27,121 nucleotides of DNA from Amoeboradix gromovi X-113. Lineage: Eukaryota > Fungi > Sanchytriomycota. The position numbers and the translations under genes were made by a program. Position 1 is the stretch's first letter, and each line of letters starts with the position of its first letter. The stretch spans positions 1 to 27,121 of the forward strand of contig JADGIF010000050.1 in assembly GCA_018985225.1 (NCBI GenBank), in the 5' to 3' direction. The notes beneath the pieces are model-generated. The model did not search any database and was not told where the DNA came from. It worked only from the letters and a program-made list of their open reading frames with translations. Of the stretch, positions 1 through 8,291 are shown piece by piece.

Positions 1-491
1 TTAGACGGTACTCTTTTCTATTTCATTCTCACAGACACTACATTTCTTTGAAGTGTAATCTATGGACAGTCTCCCTGACTCTTGTCTTGCTGAACTGTTC
101 CAACAACTACATCTTCTTCAATGTCAGTGTCCGGCTTTTTCTTCTTTGATTTACTGGTGTATGAAAGCTTTTGCTTTCTCTTGGCCATAACTTTATTAGG
201 AAAGGTCTCTATTTATGTGCAAGATTAAATGAAAATATACCCTATTATGAATCAGTATTATGAATCAGAGGTCTATTTGAAATAAAGATTGGATGAAAGA
301 GTAAGAGAATAGCTTACAGAATATTTATTTTTGAAATTTCGATACAAAAAGTTATTTATTTTCCTTTTGTACTCGTCAACTCCTCAACTAGCTGAATCTC
401 CACTCGCCTCTTAAATCCATAAAGTAATAAAGCTGAAATAATGTTCCAAGTTGTTACAGAAAGTTAGTCCAGTTTTTATATTTGATGTCCC
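1..491. mobile_element. Right part of a Sola2-like non-autonomous element (runs off the left edge of the window)
   Basis: Ends in AGTTAGTCCAGTTTTTATATTTGATGTCCC, the reverse complement of the family TIR GGGACATCAAATATAAAAACT(A/G)GACTAA. 272-491 is near-identical to 13595-13813, and 2-27 matches ~13507-13531. A decayed minus-strand ORF starts at ATG 188 (MAKRKQKLSYTSKSKKK...). Confidence 0.8.
243..268. repeat. 13-bp tandem duplication TATTATGAATCAG x2
   Basis: Directly visible in the sequence. Confidence 0.85.
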
Positions 492-567
492 AAGTGTAGT
501 GTTTTAGGATGTCTCACCGAAAGTTAAGAAGAGCAGAGAAATAAGGTGTCTAAGCAATACAATGAAT

Positions 568-2850
568 TTACTTAAATGGATCAAACGCCGAGTAGTCTGG
601 AGTTTTATTTTTGTCTTTAGTTTGAAATGCTCCAAAGGATTGCTCTTCTTGGAAGGGATTCTGAAATTCACCATAATCTATTTTTGGTATATTATCTATG
701 TCCGTGCTGCTAAAGTTGTTCCTTTGGGTTTGGTTTCTCGATAACAAAGCAGAATTGTTGTTGTTAGTGCTACCGTTAATACTAACAACATTTTGGAAAG
801 CGTTGGAAGTAAATTCATCTTTAGATCTACTGCTATTAACTCCACGGGTTACGCTAGCGCTGTCATTCCTAGAACCGCTAGAAGGGACTGGTAATATTGC
901 TGGTATTTTTACCGATGAAAACGACTGCTCTTCTTGAAATGGATTCAAGGGCTGAGTCGAGGGTTTAAATGCGCCAAATTCAGCCTCCTTTGCTTCCTTA
1001 CTAAATGAAGCACTTGAGAGGTTATATAGATCTGCGTTAGGTGTTGCAGTACTTGATGATACAGTACTGATAGAAACTTGATTCCCGTTTAATTTGCTGG
1101 AATTATTTAATGATGTTGACTTTATAGCGATTACCGAATTACTGAATGGTGTTTTTGCGTCTCTATTCTGATCAGAACCAGGAATATTAGTAGCAGAGAT
1201 ATTTACAATATTCGCTGTAGCGCTGGTCTTGCCAGGTGCAAGGTGCGGTAAATGTTTTATCTTTAGATCCTTTATTTTGCTGTTGCAAATATTAAAATAA
1301 TCAAAGCACGTATTCATATCAGTCTGGTTTGAACAGTAGTATATTTGCTTAATCATGTTTGACAGTATAATATTGATGAACCATTCGGGATTAATATGGT
1401 TCACCAGATCAAAAAACAAACGGCAAATGGAGACAGGAGAATCATTAATTGCACAAATCAAATTTATCATTTCCTGAATCAATAGCTCGTCAATTATGTG
1501 ATTGACTACTAGGAGTTGAATTAAATTTATGAATATATCACGGGAGTTAGAATTCAAATAAATACTCGCTCTTTTTAGAATTAATCGTTTTAAAACAGTA
1601 TAATCAATTAACTTTATTAAATTTACATCGCAGAGCAGAGTAAACACTTGCATATTAGTCCCGTCTTCATTCAAATCCAAGCAATTAAACAAGAGGGGAA
1701 TAATATTATTTTTATAGAAAAAGGGACGTGATTTATCAAAGGATTTAAAATGTTTGAGCAACTGTAATCTCGCATTTGGTGGGTATGCTGGGGTACAAAT
1801 ACTTTGAAAACTAAGCAAGTTTTGCTCTATATGGTTAGGATCACCATAGACTTCAATTATATGCATAACTACGGGTATTAAAAACGCACTCAACTGAGTC
1901 TCTTTTAGCTGCTGAATACAGATAGGAAAGCATTTATCGACTATCATATCCTGGGGGAATTGTTGGAGGATACTTGGATTTTGTAAAGCTTTGAAGAATT
2001 TCGCTTTTTCTAAAACGGTTATAGTATTTATGTTGTCAAATGTATTTAAGCATGAAAGTGCGACATTATCAGTGAATAGCCTATCTAAACAGCAATCTGA
2101 ATGCGACATTCGAACCATTGGGGATGAAGTCGTTTGTTGGACCAGATGGCTGATTGTGGAAGGCAAGGTGCTGTAAAAAGATGAAAGGTTAGATTGAAAA
2201 TGCTTATAAGTAAGTATGTTATCAACACAGTTTGTGGGCGGTTTATTATAAAGAAAAGCTAAAATCATACCAAAAGAGTAATCATCGTTGGCTGTCGTGA
2301 TTTGCTGATTTATTATAAATTCAGGAGCAGAATATTCAATATGCATGTTAGAGCTGATGTTGTACTCCTGAGTTTGAATTTGATCAGTAGAATACTGCAT
2401 AAAATTGGAATAGTAAAAACCAGCTAATTTCCATTCCATTGACGGTGTAATGTAAATATTGAATGGGTTGATACAGTTATGAATTAGCTTGGCATTATCA
2501 TGGAGGAACTGAATAGCGGTACTCAATTGTTTTAATCCATTCAGTTTCTCGATTTCAGTTAGTTTAGAAATGAACAATGGGGTCTTGATATATTCGCTTG
2601 TAAATCCAATAACCGTTGTAGGAGGTTGCTGTACGTGGAGGATGTTAGGATGCCTCAGCTTAAGCAGAATTCCAACTTCTTTTTTTAACAAGACATTGAG
2701 TGGGTCGTTATCTTGTTTTTGGGTATAGAATACGGTTAATTTCTGATTATTCTTGGTAGCAGTGCGAATTTGCCAGCACAGACCACCTTGCATCTCTGGG
2801 CCTTCAAAATTAAATGACTTGCTCAACGTAGTGCTCAACTCATTTCCCAT
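568..2850 (-). CDS. SCY1: SCY1-like pseudokinase (SCYL2/Scy1/Ppk32 type): N-terminal kinase fold, HEAT-like middle, low-complexity tail
   Basis: Kinase-like motifs 'KLRHPNILHV', 'IQFLHDNAKLIHNCINPFNIYIT', 'WKLAGF', 'EYSAPE' without the canonical HRD/DFG. Tail has NPF/DPF and FGxF motifs. Likely start is ATG 2850 (MGNELS); the ORF track's 2922 start is TTG. Confidence 0.85.
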   Translation of the reverse strand: MGNELSTTLSKSFNFEGPEMQGGLCWQIRTATKNNQKLTVFYTQKQDNDPLNVLLKKEVGILLKLRHPNILHVQQPPTTVIGFTSEYIKTPLFISKLTEIEKLNGLKQLSTAIQFLHDNAKLIHNCINPFNIYITPSMEWKLAGFYYSNFMQYSTDQIQTQEYNISSNMHIEYSAPEFIINQQITTANDDYSFGMILAFLYNKPPTNCVDNILTYKHFQSNLSSFYSTLPSTISHLVQQTTSSPMVRMSHSDCCLDRLFTDNVALSCLNTFDNINTITVLEKAKFFKALQNPSILQQFPQDMIVDKCFPICIQQLKETQLSAFLIPVVMHIIEVYGDPNHIEQNLLSFQSICTPAYPPNARLQLLKHFKSFDKSRPFFYKNNIIPLLFNCLDLNEDGTNMQVFTLLCDVNLIKLIDYTVLKRLILKRASIYLNSNSRDIFINLIQLLVVNHIIDELLIQEMINLICAINDSPVSICRLFFDLVNHINPEWFINIILSNMIKQIYYCSNQTDMNTCFDYFNICNSKIKDLKIKHLPHLAPGKTSATANIVNISATNIPGSDQNRDAKTPFSNSVIAIKSTSLNNSSKLNGNQVSISTVSSSTATPNADLYNLSSASFSKEAKEAEFGAFKPSTQPLNPFQEEQSFSSVKIPAILPVPSSGSRNDSASVTRGVNSSRSKDEFTSNAFQNVVSINGSTNNNNSALLSRNQTQRNNFSSTDIDNIPKIDYGEFQNPFQEEQSFGAFQTKDKNKTPDYSAFDPFK

Positions 2851-3057
2851 GGATTCTATGAAACAGTGAAACAATGGGAAAATAATAATTTTCCTTTCTA
2901 ATTTAAGCATCAATGCTAGCAAACTAAGTGGCTATTTTATATACCGGACAGACAGAGAAAGACGAAAAAAGTAGATATGTGAATTATGTCAATCAGATGG
3001 TGCCCAAATCATATTTTGCAATTATATGAGACTGTTACACTAACTCTAGAATCATCG

Positions 3058-3351
3058 TTAACACCAGAAAATCCGGCAAAAATGATTAACCCGATCAAAG
3101 GTATAGTACCGATATTGCTGTCTGCGATAAGGGTGATCAAATAGTTCGTGAACTGGTATGCAACCACAATCTGTGATGTAAAAGCGGATAGACGAATCTA
3201 AACATTTTTGCAGCCAACTGTCTAGACTCATCTCTGTATTTGCACTAGAATCTGAAGCACTATCCGAACTGGGAGACTCTGCAGGTGGTGCAATCAATTC
3301 TGTACCAAACTCTAATGTACTATCTTGTGAATGAAATGGATTGTTGTTCAT
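3058..3351 (-). CDS. Hypothetical small protein (Ser-rich N-terminus)
   Basis: Open frame from MNNNPF; no recognisable motif. Confidence 0.25.
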   Translation of the reverse strand: MNNNPFHSQDSTLEFGTELIAPPAESPSSDSASDSSANTEMSLDSWLQKCLDSSIRFYITDCGCIPVHELFDHPYRRQQYRYYTFDRVNHFCRIFWC

Positions 3352-3615
3352 CAATCTTTTGGATTTGTATAAATTCAATTTACTTACTTGAATTTTTTCA
3401 AAACTTGAACTTCCAAATTGATCTGTTCTTCATAATCGATCCATTTTTTAGTTGGATAACGCGTCTTTAAGTAATCCATATAGTCCATTGCATCAACATC
3501 TATACATTTTACAATATATGACACAAGATCATCAATAGTGTGATTTCTAGAAGCTCTACCCATTGAATTTACAATTTTATCCAATCTATCTTTCAGAAGA
3601 GTTTATCATAGAATT

Positions 3616-3780
3616 TCAAGAATATTGCTTATATTCCTTTAAATTGAACAATTCTAATGGATCTTTAACTGGTACATTATCTGTATCTAAAAATAAGATA
3701 TCTGTGAATTGACCAGCTAATAAAGCAGCTGATTTCAACTGATAATTGCGTTCATTTTCTATGAATTGAATTGGTTGAGA
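3616..3780 (-). pseudogene. Fragment of a GT71 (Mnn1/Mnn2-type) alpha-mannosyltransferase
   Basis: Manual translation gives ...RNYQLKSAALLAGQFTDILFLDTDNVPVKDPLELFNLKEYKQYS*, matching the family 'YQ-K--A---S-F--VL-LDxDN-P--DP--LF---EY' DxD motif. No ATG, early stop. ORF 3384-3584 may be a further remnant. Confidence 0.7.
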
Positions 3781-3828
3781 TATAACAAGTAATAGAATAA
3801 TATCAATAAATAAGTAAAAATATTCAAT

Positions 3829-5637
3829 TTATTGTAATACTTTTCTTGTGAATGGATCAGGACTTAATAGAATAGAGGACTTTACTGCATCTGATATTTC
3901 CATTTTTAATCTTTTGCAAAGTCCAACAATGCAGACTCTCTGAATTGATTTTTCATGTTGATGATTTTTTAGACCTTGTTCAAGGCAAAATTCGTATTTC
4001 TCGTGAATTCGTTTTCGTTCTGGTTCATTATTAATCACTTTAGCATCCAAAATACAGCACAATGTAGGAATATGCTCTGGGTACTGCTTCCAAATATCAT
4101 CAAGTACACTCGCATCATAATCATCAATCTCAAGCAACAACCAATTTAAACAAAAATCACTATACATGTCCCTAACCAAAGATGCTTTTTTAATTAATTC
4201 CAAATATTCATGTTGTTTGTTAATACTGGCTCGTCTTACAAGTTCTTCTGGAAATGTTCCTCCACTAGTAAAAATGCTTTGAATAGAGTCGTTTAAAAAT
4301 ACACCAAGTCGTTTGTTGTGGAATTCTTGTAATACAGTGTCAGTAATATTGGATTGAATGCCTATTAATTCTTTAGATTTGTTAAACTCCAATTTATATT
4401 GCCAGAATGTTTCTTGTAGTAATTTATTGTAATGATTATCATTAGGACGCACAAAATGGATCTTGTCTAAATATCTTTTATAACGAATAAGTGGTCTATC
4501 AGAGTCAAGAGTCTTTTTAATTACTTGTACATCTAATATTCTTAAAAATAACTCAATCACATGATCCAAAATTTCAAATCCAACTGGAATGCCACGTGAT
4601 AATCTCAATTGACAATCTCTGATTAATTTGTCCATTAAATTGTAATAGGCAGCATGATTGTCTTTATTTGCTCGTGCTTCAGACTGTCCAACAAGTGCCC
4701 ATGGAATTGAATGTGTAGTAAATGTATAGTAAAAATTCAAAACATCCTGAAATTCTGAAATGTGATCAGAGACGTTACTGCTGAATAAGAAATCCAAATT
4801 TGAAGAAGTAGTGTTTTTCATGTGATATCTTGGAATAGGTTCGTAATACACATCTGAATGATCCAACAAGTCATCAATAATCTGTTTATATTTACTATAC
4901 AGCCAAGGTCTTAATTCAAATATACCCTTAACCAATTCAGAATGGTCAGATACTTTTAAGAAATGAATGTATTTGTCTAGCCTAGTGGATTGCAAATCTA
5001 TTAATTCTAGAGACTCTGTTACGACACTATCAAAAATGTCACGATGATAATGTGGTTGTAATTTCTCTTTCTTGTACGGGAATGAATCCATAAAATATTT
5101 GCGATCTTTGACCATCTGATCTTTAATACTATCTCTATTTGAGTCAATGTACAAGTTATCAGCTGGAGAAAAGGGTAATTCGTGATATGGTAAATCTAAT
5201 AGGTCTATCCAAGTGTAATCCTTGAAAGTGCTTTTCTTTAATTTAGTCCATTTAGACTCAATTAAATTATTAGCCTTGGTTTCCTCTGTACGATCAATAC
5301 CAGAATCAGTGCTTTTCATCACTGTCCTTGTAACATCAAAATCATCAGAGATTTTTCGAGTTTTAAAAGAAGTGGAATCTGTAAAACTTGACACAATAGA
5401 TAAATATTTAGAATATTCAGGGTATGAATCTACCTTATTCAAAAACAATGGGAAATCCTTTAATGGTGGAATAATAAAATCATTGGAATATGCCAATTTT
5501 GGCAATTTTAAACCATTTGGATTTTCAAATTTCAAAATACCTATTTCATTTGTTTGTAAACCTGGAAAAACATCTGCTATGTTGTTTATGGTAATATTTT
5601 CCTTAACAGGATGATTTAAATATTTAACAGAAGTCAT
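3829..5637 (-). CDS. Hypothetical 602-aa protein, probably alpha-helical C-terminal half; N-terminus uncertain
   Basis: Long uninterrupted ORF in AT-rich DNA; family not recognised. Confidence 0.7.
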   Translation of the reverse strand: MTSVKYLNHPVKENITINNIADVFPGLQTNEIGILKFENPNGLKLPKLAYSNDFIIPPLKDFPLFLNKVDSYPEYSKYLSIVSSFTDSTSFKTRKISDDFDVTRTVMKSTDSGIDRTEETKANNLIESKWTKLKKSTFKDYTWIDLLDLPYHELPFSPADNLYIDSNRDSIKDQMVKDRKYFMDSFPYKKEKLQPHYHRDIFDSVVTESLELIDLQSTRLDKYIHFLKVSDHSELVKGIFELRPWLYSKYKQIIDDLLDHSDVYYEPIPRYHMKNTTSSNLDFLFSSNVSDHISEFQDVLNFYYTFTTHSIPWALVGQSEARANKDNHAAYYNLMDKLIRDCQLRLSRGIPVGFEILDHVIELFLRILDVQVIKKTLDSDRPLIRYKRYLDKIHFVRPNDNHYNKLLQETFWQYKLEFNKSKELIGIQSNITDTVLQEFHNKRLGVFLNDSIQSIFTSGGTFPEELVRRASINKQHEYLELIKKASLVRDMYSDFCLNWLLLEIDDYDASVLDDIWKQYPEHIPTLCCILDAKVINNEPERKRIHEKYEFCLEQGLKNHQHEKSIQRVCIVGLCKRLKMEISDAVKSSILLSPDPFTRKVLQ

Positions 5638-5952
5638 TTGTCGGTAACTGAAATCTGTGTTTTACGCTGTTCCCCATCACTTTGCTTAGATGAATATAAA
5701 AATCATACTCTTTCTTTGCTAGTAGTAGCTTGTCTCGTAGAACCTGGAACAAAAGTATTTTTAGGACTGTCTTGTCTCATAGGGTCATAAGGTTTAATTC
5801 TTCTTACAGTATACCGTCAGCGCTTAAATCAACTTTATACGACTATGCGAAAAATGACTTTAAAAAATAAAGGTATTTTTAAATTTCAACTTCAAGATTA
5901 AGTTCCAAACAACTTAAAGTTAACTAAATACTTTACAATTAATAACTGGTAT

Positions 5953-6546
5953 ATGAATCATGAAAGATATGTTAGATGTACGACTATCAGGAAAGAATTT
6001 GACGTCAGCTACAAACAGCTCCTTGAGTGGTCAACTCTCTATTCCATCAGACACGTTAAGACTCCAGGAGGAAAAAGAATGTACCACTATGGAGACATTT
6101 ATACCTTGTTTCATAAAAAACCCGAGCAAGTCCAGAAAAAGAAAATCATCTACTGTAGCGTTTCCAGCTCCCATCAAAAAGAAGATCTCGGGCGCCAAAT
6201 TGCATTCATGGAATCCAAGTACCCAGGCATTATGGTCATCCAAGATGTTGGGTCAGGCATCAACTTTAAACCACCAGGGTTGTCTAGATTACTTAAAGAT
6301 GTCTTGGATTCTAAAGTTGAGACAATCATTGTGTCCGACAGAGATAGATTGTGTAGATTCGGATTTGAGCTTGTTGAAAGGCTTTGTGACCAGAGAGGCA
6401 CAAAAATCTTGGTACGCTACCATGACAAGGGAGAAAGATCTGATCAACTTGAACTATCCGAAGGCCTTTTGGCAGTCTGCAACTTTTTGGCGCAAAAAGA
6501 AATGGTCAAAAAGCAGCTAGAAATAAAAAAGCAGCCAAGTATCTAA
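5953..6546 (+). CDS. tnpA: IS607-family transposase TnpA (MerR-like HTH + serine recombinase), probably damaged
   Basis: 'TPGGKRMY', 'IIYCSVSSSHQKEDLGRQ' (consensus Y-x-R-V-S-S; R>S here), 'DVGSGINF', 'DRDRLCRFGFEL'. The expected C-terminus (NFFGAKRNGQKAARNKK) lies in the -1 frame after the T-run at 6484-6488. Confidence 0.92.
   Translation: MNHERYVRCTTIRKEFDVSYKQLLEWSTLYSIRHVKTPGGKRMYHYGDIYTLFHKKPEQVQKKKIIYCSVSSSHQKEDLGRQIAFMESKYPGIMVIQDVGSGINFKPPGLSRLLKDVLDSKVETIIVSDRDRLCRFGFELVERLCDQRGTKILVRYHDKGERSDQLELSEGLLAVCNFLAQKEMVKKQLEIKKQPSI
5960..6520 (+). CDS. Overprinted +1-frame ORF; putative N-terminal extension of Fanzor2
   Basis: 186 stop-free codons nested in tnpA, starting with ATG. Contains 'W....LRQSLCPTEIDCVDSDL...G.......SWY', resembling the 'LWLPTxTDC...SWF' N-terminal segment I recall from viral/eukaryotic IS607-associated TnpB/Fanzor2 proteins. 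Confidence 0.6.
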   Translation: MKDMLDVRLSGKNLTSATNSSLSGQLSIPSDTLRLQEEKECTTMETFIPCFIKNPSKSRKRKSSTVAFPAPIKKKISGAKLHSWNPSTQALWSSKMLGQASTLNHQGCLDYLKMSWILKLRQSLCPTEIDCVDSDLSLLKGFVTREAQKSWYATMTREKDLINLNYPKAFWQSATFWRKKKWSKSS

Positions 6547-6731
6547 AGTGCAGACTATGTCCTTTGACGCCTAGCCAGGATCAGAGAAAAGTATTTAAAG
6601 AATGGTTTGGTGCTTACCGGTTTGTGTACAATATCTGTGTAAAGTATGATAAATTCTTTATGAATGTCAAGGAAAAAAGAGTATTCATACTCAACCAAGG
6701 AAGTCTACTTGGTTCCATCCAGTATCTGTGA
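6498..6731 (+). pseudogene. tnpB: Fanzor2/TnpB N-terminal fragment (HTH_OrfB_IS605-like)
   Basis: Manual translation: ...LKCRLCPLTPSQDQRKVFKEWFGAYRFVYNICVKY...*, matching the TnpB/Fanzor 'L-x-P-x-x-x-Q-...-W-F-G-x-x-R-F-V-Y-N' motif. The rest of the gene is absent. Confidence 0.85.
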
Positions 6732-7234
6732 GTAGTTGCATACATAAAGTACCACCATGTTATAATTACCACATGTGATCAACAAGTACTAAAGAAGTAT
6801 TATTTGAACAAGTAGATTTGCGAAAATGTTAAATAAATTCATTATTTTCAATGATCTCTTTTTGAGCCATTTAATTTATGACTTGAAATGTGTCTAGTTA
6901 TTGTAGCGTATTCCATTAAAGAACTTTAACATGCTATATCTCGGTGAATAATGATGCTACAGCTTAGCGACTATCATTTTTGAACTCTTTACAAAATTCT
7001 AATTTAGAAAAATGAAAAAATTAAAATTTGTAAGTTTGACTTATATCTGGTAATTGTAGTGTGTGTCCCATTTGTAAAAAGGAAGGATATCGAGTATTTA
7101 AGCTATTGGAAAATTCATGCAACTATATAAAAATGCATGCAAACTAGCGATATATAATTTACTCAAGAAAACAATCGAGCTGCTACTTTTTGATTTTTTT
7201 TAAAACGCTTGTCTAGTTTTTGTAGTGTACCCCT

Positions 7235-7882
7235 ATGCTAGAGTTTATAATGGGTATGTTCGCAATGATGGCACTTATTATATTTGTCCTATATACACTT
7301 CTGTTCATATACGGGAGCAAGACACCACTGCGTCGAGTTAAACAGGGTTCTATTCATGACAATATAATATTGAATGATACAATTCACAAAACTCTGCATG
7401 GCGCACTAAACGTATTATTAACCAATATAGCAAAGCAGTATCTAGATAAAATACATCTTGATATACCGTTTATCAAAGAATTTAACATGATTATAGACTG
7501 GGACGGGTTTATTGAATGCACAAATATGACAACTAACAGTGATTTTAGTATTTTCACTCTGGTAGTGCACCCACCACTTCTAATACAAGTTCAAGGAAAT
7601 TTATTTTACAACAGCATGTATTTGCCATTTGTAGTTGATATTGAACCTATGTGCACTCTAGATGTAGGCTTGGATGTAGATACGACAGTGAACCCTGATG
7701 GTAGCACTCATTCCAGAATGTCAATCCAGTTAATCGAGTATCAATTGGATTTATCGATATCTAGCAGTATAGGTGGTATCATCAAGCTTAAAAATGTGGA
7801 CAAACTTCACAAGCTAATGGAGTATTTAATAAGAGATAACATGGACAAGTATAAAAGAAACTCCATTAAAATAAACATATAG
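7235..7882 (+). CDS. MMM1: Mmm1-like ERMES subunit (N-terminal TM + compact SMP domain)
   Basis: N-terminal TM helix; 'LNVLL', 'LPF', and 'EYQLDLSISSSIGGIIKLKNVDKLHKLME' resembling Mmm1 '[29 protein letters not shown]'. Confidence 0.6.
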   Translation: MLEFIMGMFAMMALIIFVLYTLLFIYGSKTPLRRVKQGSIHDNIILNDTIHKTLHGALNVLLTNIAKQYLDKIHLDIPFIKEFNMIIDWDGFIECTNMTTNSDFSIFTLVVHPPLLIQVQGNLFYNSMYLPFVVDIEPMCTLDVGLDVDTTVNPDGSTHSRMSIQLIEYQLDLSISSSIGGIIKLKNVDKLHKLMEYLIRDNMDKYKRNSIKINI

Positions 7883-7928
7883 TTTTTAGAGCTCATAAAG
7901 TAATCTTGCCTTTTCAATTCACTACGGC

Positions 7929-8150
7929 TTATATGTTAACGTAGCTCTTTAGTAATAAAAAATGTCTTGATCTCCAGTAGTCTTGAATCTGAGGAGGATT
8001 ATCATTAAATTGTATTATCGCTATCAATGGAATTGCAAGATAAACAAATTCCCAGAATAATTCAATGTATACGAAAGCCCGAGTAAAAGAAATGCGACTC
8101 TGATGCAAATACGCTCTTCGGAGACGCTTTATGCGCATCGATTGAAACAT
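7929..8150 (-). CDS. Small single-TM protein, possibly Pet100-like
   Basis: Arg-rich N-terminus, then 'IELFWEFVYLAIPLIAIIQFNDNP'; loose resemblance only. Confidence 0.3.
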   Translation of the reverse strand: MFQSMRIKRLRRAYLHQSRISFTRAFVYIELFWEFVYLAIPLIAIIQFNDNPPQIQDYWRSRHFLLLKSYVNI

Positions 8151-8291
8151 CAATTAAGAGTTATGGGCCTGTTCTGACTCTTTTTCTCATCATACGACGA
8201 TTTCGTCGTAGTTTGTAAATCTTTTATTGGCAAAATTTAGTGCCATGATCTAAATCATTATGAAGATGTAAGGCAATGCTCTATACGATGT

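Larger units (their letters stand above)
5817..6731 (+). mobile_element. IS607-family / Fanzor2 element, 5' part (truncated, decaying)
   Basis: TnpA serine recombinase followed by the TnpB/Fanzor N-terminal motif. AT-rich left-end region with repeated (A/G/T)ACTT motifs. Boundaries approximate. Confidence 0.85.

Noticed and set aside
5222-5614. Antisense ORFs (also 562-744, 698-937, 1991-2176, 10685-11002, 12212-12699, 23651-25398 minus and others)
   Set aside because: Shadow frames opposite real genes, many with non-ATG starts and no motifs.
6484-6546. Frameshifts explained as long-read homopolymer errors
   Set aside because: Not fully excluded, but housekeeping genes in the window are intact while indels cluster in mobile elements, which favours real decay. 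Raw reads would decide.
8193-8210. TACGACGA-TT-TCGTCGTA palindrome
   Set aside because: Isolated short hairpin with no second copy or supporting context.
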